Assembly (NCBI GenBank): GCA_051047955.1
Contig: JBPGPT010000001.1
Coordinates: 930,001-994,000, forward strand
From: Cystobasidiomycetes sp. EMM_F5
Lineage: Eukaryota
Reading direction: 5' to 3'
DNA length: 64,000 bases
Shown piece by piece: positions 37,455 to 49,730 of the stretch. Made by a program: the position numbers and the translations under genes. The notes below the pieces were generated by a model, which saw nothing but the letters and a program-made list of their open reading frames with translations, did not search any database and was not told the origin of the DNA. The first letter of the stretch is position 1, and every line of letters starts with the position of its first letter.

Positions 37455-38984
37455 ATGCCTGGCCTGCGGCAGCGGAAAAGCGCGTATGACACCAGTATGA
37501 CCAGCCAGTACGACAAATATGAACACGACGCGAACGCTCGAGCGCGACCAAGCAATATCGTAGACGGGGCCCCAGAACCTACTCTATCTTCTGGTGCGGG
37601 AACAACGGATGTTTTCAATGCAGGACACGCCAAAAGCATCGACTACGATCCACGTCCTAGGGTGGAACCCTTCCAGCGCCTCATGTTGGCGGTGCTCTTG
37701 TTGACGGTGTACGTCGACGTTTGTGACGTATAATCGACGTGGAACACGGACAAAAGCTGAACATCTCGGATTGACAATGGCAGGATTGCCGGCAGTCTTA
37801 CTTCAATCTTGACATCCTCTGCCTCTGTCACTTCGTTTCGCGGCCGCTTACCAGCTGCGAACCGGATTTCTCTGAGTTCCTCTAAGCTTCCTGGACCACT
37901 AGCCGGGCTCGATTTGAGCTACCTCACGCCAAGCTATTTCGCAAACAAGCGCAACATCTTCAACGTCGTCTTTGTCAAGCAGGCCTGGGCCTGGACGACC
38001 CTCGTGTGGCTAGCTCACTATCTTACTGGCGTTTATGCACACTATACGACATCCAGTGCTGCCCAACAGCCCAGCCAAGTTCCAGCAAGGAGAAATACAA
38101 AAGATGTCCTGTATAGGCCTGTCAGGCGCTATGCCGTGGCTACAGTGTACTGGCTCCTTTGTAAGCAAAAACATGAAGGGTAGTAGGCTGATTGATTGAG
38201 CTGATGTAGTACAAAACAGTCACCACGTGGTTTTTCGGAGCTTCAATTTCCGATAGAATTCTCGTTGCTTCAGGGGCGCAGTGTGTCCCCTCGTCAATGT
38301 CATCTGGCGGATATCTGTCCGGGTCATTGAGCGTCCCGGATGCTGGACACGCACAGAGTGCAGCCGAGCCGAATGTAGTCCTGGAGCCCTCTGCATGCGC
38401 CTATTCGAGGCCCGACGACATACATGTGGACACGTGGAGCGATGTCTTGGAGGATGGGCACGACACGATGGCGAGTGTACAAGCAGACTCCGCCAAGGGT
38501 GCTTCGGCTGCATCTGTACTGTCGCCGAGTGATGACCGAAAAAAGAGCTCAAACAAGGCGATATGGAAGGGAGGACACGACATCTCGGGTCATACATTCC
38601 TCTTGTCCCTTTCTTCGATGCTCATCATTACGGAGATTGGCCCTACCCTGGCAGCGCTGGCGTCATCGTCATCATCGAGTATACCAGCTTCAGTATCGGC
38701 GGCTGTACCGACGCCTACACCGGCGCGCAAACGCCTCGAGTTGCATGTACTGCGAAAAGCGGCTGCGTACGCTGGTCTAGCGCTCGTCGGGCTGTGGTGG
38801 TGGATGATCTTGGTGAGTAGTTGATGTAGTTGAGAGCACGGGGAAGGAGACGAAGCAGTTGCTGAATACTGAATTTGTTTCTATGCAGATGACATCGCTA
38901 TACTACCATACGCCGCAAGAGAAGCTGAGCGGCTTGCTTGCAGGTTTCGGTGCCTGGTGGAGCAGCTACACGCTAGCGAGGTGA
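37455..38984 (+). CDS. SCS3: FIT family acyl-CoA diphosphatase (Scs3/Yft2-like)
   Basis: YFANKRNIFNVVFVKQAWAWT, TTWFFG, WKGGHDISGHTFLL and TSLYYHTPQEKLSG. Confidence 0.88.
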
Positions 38985-39635
38985 CTCACGACGATGCATG
39001 AGGGTGCTTCAGTCTGTACTCCCAGTCGTGGTCTCGGACTGTTGCAAACCGAAGACACTTTATCGGCTTGTCGGAAAGCTGCACGTGACCCAAAGGCCGA
39101 CCTCAAAGTGGCTCCTCTTGGTTGGAATCGTACAAGCCTGGGTGGATGGTTAGCCAGGACATGCGGGGCAGAGTGAGGCTGTCAGGCTTCTATGATTATT
39201 CCGAGTGGTCCCCTCTTTGCTCCCCGCCAACACAACAGTCGCGCTGGCTGAAGTTGCCCGCTGGACATGCAACACAGTCTGATAACTTATGCGGGCAGCG
39301 TCCGCCGTGTTGTAGCATCACACGCAGTATTATAGAATGATATATGCAAAACGGCTGTTGTGCCAGCCTGCTCGCCCGACTTTGACTGGAGCTCGTCGTT
39401 TGCCGAGCTCTCTTACTACGACCAGCCAGACTGCTGCACCGACACTCCAGAAGCACCCCGACACCTGGCCATACCGCCCTCACCACTCTGCGTGCATGTC
39501 TGTGGCCGCTGCTCCGGCACTTGCACAGACGGGAGCAGCATTGTAACATCGAGCACCGCGTAGGGGAAAGTCTGCACAAACCAGAGCTGGCCCAAGCAGG
39601 TGTAGCCCGACACTGCATACGGCAGAGTCATCGCC

Positions 39636-42600
39636 ATGGGTGAGTCTATATAGTGCACTGGACTGCCCCCCTCTCGAAATCTTTGTGTCGGCACATCTCG
39701 TCTGTACTGACTCTGCAGGCCATCCTTACTGAAACTCTTGTTGCGTTAATACAGCAGACTCTGCAGAGATGACAAACGCACACATGGACACGGCAAATGT
39801 CCCGACCGCTGTCGAGGGTGTGTCTGGCTCGAGTGACGGGCAGGATGTCGTCGCCACTCTTCCGAGGCTGGACTCTTTGTCGGGCAACAATGCGCTCGAC
39901 GATGCTAATGAGCACGTCAATATCGACCAGAGTAACCAAGTTGGACAGACCAGCATTCAATCCGCCTCTCTGCCATCCATCTCTACGGAAGCTGATCCCG
40001 GTCCGGCTGGCGCTGCCGTCGCATTAGCAAACATGGTCAGCACTTTAGCAACGACCGATGATTTTCCCATAGACCCATCTCTCATCGCCGAGAATGGCTC
40101 AGCTCGGCCAGCATCTTCCGCCGGTATGATGCCTGGTGCTCGCGTAGAAGAAGCAATCCTCCGGGCGGACGAGCAAGTCTTGCTCGACTCTATCGAACAC
40201 GTACAGACCTTTGTATCGGATCAGAATGAGCGAGCACCTGCTCCATTCTTGAACACTACACTACCTGAAGCTGCTGTAGACGCGGATATGGAGTCTGTTC
40301 TGACGTCTCCACTCGGCTCGACTCTGTCTACCACTCACGACAACTCAACTGCATCGTCCGGGTCAAATGGGCCTTTGGCAAATGTCAATGACGAACACAC
40401 ACTCTCCAACACGTCTACACTTGACAAGTCTGCAGACACTGCAAATAGTAGCGCTGTAGCAGCTTCATCGACTTCGCAAACTAGCGAGAAACCAGTATCG
40501 ACAAGGTCTACGCAGTCACACGCCGCAATGCAGTCTGGGACGCGCGTGCAGAGACAGAGGACAGCCTCAAGCCGGTCAGTAGCGGCAGATACTTCGATGA
40601 ATGTCGCGACAGAGGGACATGAGGATGCTGCCACTACTACTTCCTCTGCGTCTCTCTCAAGGCGCTCGGGCGGACCTCGCTCTCGTAAACCTCCTTCCGC
40701 TTCCTCATCCAACCAAGCGACTTCTGCGGCTGGTCCATCCCGTCCATCAATTGTAGCAAGCAGTACCACTGCTGGGGGTGGAACGAGCAGGACTCGTTCA
40801 TTGGCGCTGCAGAAGGAGCAAAAGGAGAAGGATGCTGAAGCGAAAGCTGCTAGAGCTGCAGCAAGACGAGGAAGAAGAGGTAGGAGAGACCAAAGCGTCT
40901 CGAGCAGCGATGAGGAATCGGAGAGGAGCGCTAGCGCTAGTGCTAGTGCATCTGCTACGGCTACAAGCAGGAACGGGCACGATCACGCTAACGCTCACTC
41001 TCAGAATCTCGTAAAGGTCGAGGATTTGATGGTGCCCGACATGGAAGTGGACGACAAGGACGCCGCTCAAAGCGGCAGAAGGCGCCGCTCAACGAGAGCT
41101 GTTGCGAATGCGACTAACGACAAGATTGCGAATCCTAGTGGGGCTTATGGGAGATCTGGTGGGCTACGAGCTACGATAGGGGAAGAAGAGGAAGACGTCG
41201 ACGGAGATGAAGGAGTCACTCGCTGTATCTGCGGCATCACAGGTAAGGTCTTCGACTTCTCATTGCGTTCTATGCGCCTGACTGATGCATATACCCGTGA
41301 CAGACGAGGATGCAGGCGGCTTCATGATTCAGTGCGAGACGTGTAAAGTCTGGCAGCATGGCCAGTGCGTCGGCTTCAAAACGGAGAATCTATGTCCCGA
41401 TACCTACTATTGCGAATTATGTCGGCCTGACTTACATCCTACACTTCATCGCAAGAAGCATGGTCGCACAAATTCGTCATCTACTAACCGTCCTGTGCTC
41501 GCAAGCAGCGCCAGCGATCAAAATCGACCGGCATCCCCTGGTGCGAAACCGATATCTAGGGATCGTGGGTCTGCGCCCCTGTCTCTTGCGTCGCCAGCCC
41601 TACCTCAACAGCCACAACCACCAACGATGCATCGCGCTCGATCCTCTGCTGATGCTAGTATTATCGCCACTTTTTTGGACCAGAGTAAAGGCTCGCATTC
41701 ACCTTCACCTGGTTCACCGGGGGCGAGCGGCGCGAGCAGTGGGAGCCTGCCTCTGGCTGCTGACGGCAAAAGACCAATGTATCCTGCAACATCTCATCTA
41801 TCAGCACCTCTATCGACTAAACGCCGTAGTACAATGAATTCCCGGGAATCTGCAGCCTTTGACGAGTCGATTATGCTCGCAAACGCTAATGCTATCAAGG
41901 AATCTAAAGCTATGGCAGCAGCAGCAGCTCATCCGGGATCTGGCGCGTTTGATCCCGCCTTGTCTTTGTCTGCTCAGACTGCCGCATACAGAAAAAGAAG
42001 GAAGCTCGACGATTTGTCCCCTGATGTGACAATGGACACTGTAAAGGAGGAAGAAGGGGAGGAAGCCGACGTCCACAATCTACTTGATGCAGATGATGCA
42101 CTAGAAGCCGGTCCAAACGATGAAGCAGACGGAGACATACAGCACGAGGAAGACGGGGATGCTCCACCGGCTCGAAAGCGAGCAAGACGCGGCGGTGTGC
42201 AAAGCCGCACTGCTGCTCGGGGAAGTAGACGAGGTCACACCAGCGGGAAAAGTAGATCCAACCAGAAAGGAGGGGATGATGGTGATGCTCCAAACCAGGC
42301 GGACGGCGAAGTCGATGCAGAGGATAGTGCGACGGCCGGCCAGAAGAGGAAGCGCACGGCTGGTCAGCCTAATGCGAGCCAGTAAGTCGTAGCACAAATC
42401 AGGCGCGTTTATCTCAATTCTAAGAGAGTCAAATTACCACTTGCGCAGGACAAACAGGGCGTTAGGTGCACCAGAAGATGCGGCTGCCTTTGTGACAGAT
42501 AATAACTCATCATCCGAAAGCCTTTTGGTTAGTGGAGATCAGCAAAGCTCCGTGCCCCTCGCCCGCAACAGCCTGAACACAAGTGTCGATCGAAATAATG

Positions 42601-43817
42601 ACGCCGAAGCACAAGATGACGATGTCTTAAAAGGTCCGAGCGCGGCGAACGATCCTGAAGGCGAGCTACCACTCTCTGTTCGCTCTTCCAGAGAAAACAT
42701 GACAGCCTCGGCGAGAGGCTCCGATGCAGCGACATTACCAGCGTCAACGCCAAATGGTCAGCAAGACAAGGAGATAGCCTCGCAAGCTGCAGAAGTATTC
42801 ACAGCACCGGGGCAAAGCTCGCAACCGAATCAGGCGAAGAACGGCAAGAACTCCGCTTCGTCAGACGAGGATTGTAAGTCTCTTGCGCAGACGAGCACAC
42901 GGTAAACTGATTAGCCTTTAGCTGCGACAACTTCCGTTGCAGGGACCGCGCCAAGCAGAGCCAAAGGCAGAGGCTATGGCTTCCGTGGACGCGGAGGACC
43001 GGGAAGCAGAGGTGGCAGAGGATCGCCCTCGAAGCGAGGTGGATGGAGCGGCTCTCACACAGCAGCAGAAGCAGCGCGTCGCGGTCAGAACCGCGATGAC
43101 ACGCCTTCAGGTGAAGATTTCCTGAATACGCCTCCAACGTGGGGATTGCCCGATCACTTCAGCCATCTCCAGCATCTGCTGCCTACTCCTACCCCCCAGC
43201 TTTTGCAAATACCGATTTATAAATGCGAACCGGACGTTGAAGGCGCAAACCATTACCGAAATGAACGCAAGATTTCGCCTAGCACCCTGCCCAGCAGTAC
43301 GGTCCCCGAGACCATCAGTAGCGAGTCCGCGGTTGCCGCCGAGACAACAGCGGATACGGCAGTAATCGCTGCCACGAAGTACACTCCAACATTCCCTCCT
43401 GCTCCGCCTACGTCTGCTGCGGCAGGACATACGCTAGAAGGCCCAGCGAAGATTAAGTTTCCGACCCGTCGTATGTCATTGGCGGAGATGAAAAAACGAA
43501 CCACTACTGTCCTCGAATACATCACGAAGCTGCAGGTTGAGTCCGCTGAGCGGGCGAACCGCAATCGAACACTCGGCTTGCTCCAGGAACGCTTTGCGTC
43601 TAGTGCAGATAGCACCGCAGCAAGCCCAACCAGTTCGAGTAGTGACGGACCTGCAGCGGCTCCAATACATCCAGTAATTGCGTCATTGCGCGGTGGTCGG
43701 ACATCTAGTACGGCAGCTTCCCGCCCGTCCGAATTGCGCGACACCGCCACGCGATCGGCTAACCTGCTTGCGGAACTTAGTAAACAGCTTGTTGGATTCC
43801 AAGAGAAGTTCTTGTAG
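39636..43817 (+). CDS. PHD-finger protein, Cti6-like (Rpd3L HDAC complex associated)
   Basis: EGVTRCICG..FMIQCETCKVWQHGQCVG..YYCELCRPDLH, and C-terminal KIKFPTRRMSLAEMKKRTTTVLEYITKLQ..FQEKF. The start is either 39636 (spliced) or 39769. Confidence 0.8.
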
Positions 43818-44078
43818 CGAGCGTACTTTACGCTCAATCGATCATTCATCATTTACGAGATACGCACGGAGCGAAGTATCTAAACACGCTCCGGTAACTT
43901 CCGCGCATTGAGGGTCTCTCCCTCAGCTTGTCTAGTTATGTTCAGCTCAATTATGTCGTTGTACGCCTTGCCATGCAGTATCTAAAAAGCATACATATCG
44001 TGGCAGAATAAAGATGATTGTAACAACAATGAAAACCATTCTGATAGCAGGAGGGACTGATTACCTTCGGACTACTAT

Positions 44079-47000
44079 TCAGCTTGCTACATTTCCGCTA
44101 CAATCGTTCGGAGCTGTCATACTGAGGGCTGCCAAATTTGTCTGGCTGGGATGCCGCTTGAGTTCTGCAAGCCGCTCCTGCAACTTCGGAACCTTGCCAC
44201 AGGAATGCGTCAGTCGGACAAGATAAATGTGCGTCAGTCGTCCACGTACCTCCAGCAATTTCTGCTCGAGCAGTTGCTTTTCCTCCTGAAGTCTGCAACA
44301 ACAGGACTACATAGTCAGCGCTAATGCATATCGAAACACGATGGCGCTTACGCGAGGCGCTTTTCGGCATCGAGAGGACCAAAGAAGTAGCCACCCTGCC
44401 CATCAAATTGTAGAATGGTATTATGATACCTGTCGAAAAGGTAGCTTGAATTAGAAAATGACGTGAAGAGCTACGATCTCAAGACTGACTTCCATAGGGA
44501 CGGCCGGTGCGAAACTGTCAGCATTGTTATTCCAAGCTCTGTTGCGTGGTCAAAGCTGACAGGAAAATAGCAATTCAGCGACGTTCATGCTGGTTCCTGT
44601 AAGTTGCAAAAGCGTACATTATTTTCTCGAGCTCCAGCGTAACAGCACTCGTGCACTCGTCCAAGATGGCATACTTCGGACGATGGTAGAAGAGGCGCAC
44701 CATCGCTATGATCTGCTTGTCGCCCCCGGAAAGAGCGTCTCTCCACTCGCGTTGCGTATTCCATCCACCCTCTCGCTCAACGATTTGCTCGAACTGCACG
44801 ACTCTCAATAGATTAGATAGATCCTCGTCCGTCTTGCCTGCAGCTTGCATATCCGCCTGTGTATCGGGGTAGATAATCTGATCACGTAGGGTCCCGAGTG
44901 ATAGGTATGGCCGTTGCGGAATATAAGTGAAGTCAGAAGACGGCGGTTTGGTCACCGTTCCGCCATAGACTGGCCACAGTCCGCCAAGGAGGCGGAACAT
45001 GCTGCCTGTAATTGCACAGTGCGGACAGTGTCAGTTGATGAGACACTGGCTATGCAAGACCGATGAGCAGCCGACTAACTCTTGCCGCAACCATTTGGCC
45101 CGACGATGAGAAGATGATCCTGAGTGCGCCCAAGCAAAATCTGTTAGTCCACAACGCCACGGTTATACATACGGAAAGAAGTACGGACTCCCGGCGATAT
45201 CTTGAAGCTTAGTTGCTTGAGCAGTATGTCACCGTTCGGACTGACGATGGGGACACGATCAAACGTAATACTACCGTCCCTTGAAGGCTGTATGACTCCC
45301 TGTCCCTGAAGCACCCGAGCATTCTCTCCTGTTCCAGCAGAAGAGACCAATTTCTTTTGGAATTTACGCTGCTTGATGTCTTCCATTGTACTTATAAACT
45401 CGTCTACGCGTTGCGTATAGCCTGCCAGCTCTGCCAATTCTTTGTATGAATAGAGAATGCGACCGAAGGCGTCGGAAGCTGAGAGGAGCAGTCTTCTATT
45501 CGTGATGAAGCCTTGATGAACGCAGATCACTATGCGAAGTAGCTTGTCCTTCAACAAATATCCACTCACCCTCGGTACGGCTGCCGAAATCGCTCTGGCC
45601 AGGCATTCCCGAAAGTTTGCCTCCAAAAACGGGGAGCGCACAAATGATTAGACCTAAACTTCCCCACCACCACTTGATAATACCATCCTCCACCATCCCG
45701 TGCCACAGCCTCATCCGAAAGATGCGGTTGACGTGCCTGATGAGGGTGAAACTGTCAATTGGGCGGAAATATTCAGCTAAAACTACGAAGATATCGACGA
45801 TCGAAGCTCAGATTTTCAACTGACTATTGCCGTTCTATAATGTTCTTCTCAATTTCTTGCCCGTCGTAGAATGCGACTAGTCGAGTACAGCGGTCAGATA
45901 AGGATAGATGTTCCCCAACGACACGAGAAGCTTACTCTCCTCTGCGTTCTCAATAAGTCTGGAGTGGGCGAATCGGAACTCCCCTTCGAGTCTCTGTTCC
46001 TCAGCTGCGAATCTGCCAAAGGGTGGCGTGAGGAAGCGTACTGTAGACGCGGACAATGTGAAGGCAGAAGGAGATTGGAAATTGAGCAGCGTCAGGATTG
46101 GTGGAAGCGTTTGAGATTTGGCCCCGTCAAAAGAGGCAGCATGAATGAATTGTCGAGTAAAAAAGTACGACAGAATACAAAGCAGCGTAAAGGTGGAAGA
46201 GTGGGATCACATTGGAGTAGTTAAATCATGAAGGACATCGACAGCCAAGTGCAAGTTTAAATTGGAAGCAGAGAATGCATGAGCGGGATAGGAGCATATT
46301 GAAAGGGGTATTATGCAAGACATTGAGTTTCAGCCGCGAGGTACGATACAGGCATAGTGAAGGATTGCAGTCAGCCGCCATCACGAATGCCTCTCTGAAT
46401 AGTATATAGACCACCCACACAACCACGCCGACAGCTGGACTGTAATTGTGAGACCAATGAGACCCTCTGGTCCGACATTTCTCGACAGCTGGAGGTTGTA
46501 GATTGTGCAATCGAGAACGGGCTTGGCGATATTTGAATAGATTTCTGCGAGGGACGCTGAAAACTTTGCGATATCCTGCGTTATGAGCTGATCAGGATTG
46601 CGTATCCTGTCGTCGAGGTTACCGAGGGCATAGAAGGTATTGTCCGAGAGGTACTGCTGCTGTACGTAATTTGTCAGTCGGGTACGGTATGTGAGTGCGA
46701 GTTTCGACTGGAGGTACGAGAGGAACGAGTTTGTGTACGTTGCTGGTACGGCTACGAGCATCCAGGTGGCGATACGTCGGATAAAGACCCTGCCCTGACC
46801 GCGGACAAGAGCTGCAACGATTGTCCCGTCGAGATGGGCGACGTAGAGGCTCAGGAAAGTGCGAAATACGAGAAAGAAAGAGTGGAGAATAATCATTGAG
46901 GCTTCTTTGGATCTGTAAGAGGGTACGACGATGGCGAGGATACGCTGGAGACGCTCGAAGAAGGCGGCGTCCACCTCTACTCGAGGCCCTTTCCGCCGGG

Positions 47001-47211
47001 ATGACCTTGACGATGACGACGAAACCGCTGCCGACGACGACGCCCGCTTGGCTTTCGGTTTCAGACCCTTGTAGGTGCTGTAGAGTGCCCACCAGGTGTA
47101 GATGGCCATAAAGGCGTACTGGCGTGTGCGGGGATGGCGCGCATAGGCTGCGGTAAGCCGCTTGAGGACATGGACGTCTCTGTCGACGCTGAGCCCGGCG
47201 AGCGCAGCCAT
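44079..47211 (-). CDS. Peroxisomal ABCD half-transporter (Pxa2/Pxa1-like fatty acyl-CoA importer)
   Basis: [17 protein letters not shown]-like motif [17 protein letters not shown], Walker [25 protein letters not shown] and ILDECTSAV. Confidence 0.92.
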
Positions 47212-47757
47212 GGCTCATAGGTAGATCAGATGTCGGGGCAGAGTACGGTACAGCTAGTCACAGATGCATGCATGCGGGCAGGTAGGGTTGTGCTTGGTGT
47301 GGCTCATTCGGATAGTAACAGTCAATCACGGTGAAGACTGTATAATAACCATGCATTATATTATATTGATACATGGCGATAGATCTGCCATTGTCTGAAG
47401 TCTAGCCTTACATCAGACCAACCATCCAGAATATCCTGCTCGCCGTGTCTAGTCGCGTAGATTGGCTGTTTATTGAGCTCAAAGTGGGATGCATTACCAA
47501 ACACTCGGACCAGCATTGACCTTGACCTTGACCCCGACTCGCTCCGTCTCTCTCGTCAATATTACTGCATTCTCCATTCCGCACCCTCCCATTCGTCCAC
47601 AGCCAGCCTTCAAACCTCAAATATCCCCCCCGGATTTCTAGAAGTTTTCTGATTTCAAATAAAACTCCGGAACTTCCGACGAGCCAACCTCGCTTGGGAT
47701 TTGGATAGAACGACGTCTTGATCTTTTTACAACAGAGCAACCACATCACTTGACATC

Positions 47758-49438
47758 ATGTCGGCGTCCAGATCAGTTATTCGCACTGCCCGCGCAGCAG
47801 TCAGGAGCAGCCGGGCAGCATCGTCCGTAGCTCCACCGACATCGCGCATCGTCGGACGGGCATTATCGAGCTCAAGCAGGCAATCTTACGGGAATGGCTC
47901 GTCGTCCAACAAGGATAGCTACACTGGCCGCTCAGCCCGCACACCGTACGCTCTCGGTCTCCTCGGTGGACTGACGACCTACCTCGGTCTCTCACCCAAA
48001 AACGAGGAAACGACCCAGGAGGGTGCACTCAAGCACGGCTCACAGGTAGACTACGACCAGGTGTACAAGGATATCGGTGAGTGAAGGTTACTACGCGTCT
48101 GCATGCTTTTCTCTCCTGTCTCCCACCCTTCTCGCTTATCAGGTATCGGAATATACCACACGGCCCATCCCGGCTGTGATGAGCTGGCTCGGCTTGCAAT
48201 TCCACATCCATCATTTCTATCAACACGTCCTGCCTTATCCTTGTCTTTGCTGGTTCCCATCGCGGAACATTCGCCACTGCCGACCCAGGTGTTGAGGACG
48301 GGAAGTGCAGCAGTGATACGGCTAGGGTGGGAGAGTCCAGAGCTTCTTTGGTCCGCTACGCCTACTCCAAGGTGTTGCCCTATCTTCTTATAATCATGTT
48401 TCACACATTCGCCACTTGGAGTTTTCCTTACACGAGCCTTTCATCAGACATCGAGTAGAGACATTAGACTGACATGCCCCTTTTCTACATCCCCAGTCGC
48501 TGTCCTCGAGGATGAGTCGTACGACGATGGATCCTACGGCCCAACTCTAGTTCGTCTCGCATGGCATTGTTCCGGGACATACGACAAGGAGACGGGCAGT
48601 GGAGGCAGCAACGGCGCTACGATGCGGTTTGCGCCAGAAGCGGACCATGGAGCCAATGCGGGATTGAAGGTCGTAAGGGACCTTCTGGACCCAATCAAGA
48701 AGAAGTATCCGGCAATGTCGTACTCCGACCTATGGACACTCGCTGGCGTCGTTGCGGTTCAAGAGATGGGAGGACCCGTCATTCCATGGAGACCAGGTCG
48801 CCTTGATGCGACTATTGAGAAATGCACACCCGATGGAAGACTGCCAGACGGTGACAAGGTAATTTGGGAATGGATATGACTTGGCCACGCTGGCGTCGGT
48901 CTGATATGGATTCCCTATCACTCCCAGGGCGCAGATCATATCCGTAAAATCTTCTACAAGATGACTTTCAACGATCAGGAAATTGTCGCTCTATCTGGTG
49001 CTCACGCTCTCGGACGTTGCCACAAGGATCGTTCTGGCTTTGACGGTGAGTAAAGACATCCCGTCGAGTGTCGTCGACGTTAGGCAAAGCCATCCTAATT
49101 TCTCTATGCCCCCTTTAGGCCCATGGACATACTCGCCCATCACCTTTAGCAACTCGTACTATCAGCTCTTGTTTGACGAAAAGTGGAACGAGCGAAAGTG
49201 GGATGGACCAATCCAGTTTGAGAATACAAAGGGCAAGAATCTCATGATGCTCATGACGGACATGGCACTCACTACCGATCCGTCATTTAAAAAGTATGCA
49301 AAGCGATATGCAGAGTCTGAAGAAGAATTCTTCAAGGATTTCTCAAAGGCTTTTGCAAAACTCCTAGAGTTGGGCGTCCCATCGTCCCACTGGAGCGGAC
49401 CACCTATGGCTCTTGGTCAGCACCAGGAGGCAAAGTAA
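47758..49438 (+). CDS. CCP1: Mitochondrial cytochrome c peroxidase
   Basis: Presequence plus TM segment, [52 protein letters not shown] and FAKLLELGV. First intron is 48077-48496. Confidence 0.95.
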
Positions 49439-49730
49439 GGAAATGAGGCGAGTGGACGATGGCGGCATCATCCGAATCAGTATGGATGGCTATGACCATC
49501 CTCGCGAGCGTTCTTCTGGTCGACTCGGCGTTACGGCGCTAGACGACACGTGTTTAGATGCAGTCTAGACTGGACCGTAGAGGTCTCGAGGGCCACATTC
49601 AGTGGAGCATGTAGTGTAGACTTTGATTCTTTAGACGAGACAGAATCGCAAGTATTGCGTGGTTTGGACAAACGAACTGATTGCGACACTGCCCATCCTT
49701 CATCCGAGCTCTCACTCTGCGTCTTCAGCC

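Noticed and set aside
48176..48182. C-box-like GTGATGA in the CCP1 long intron (C/D snoRNA)
   Set aside because: There is no CTGA D box at a plausible distance; the next CTGA is the intron branch point about 290 nt away.
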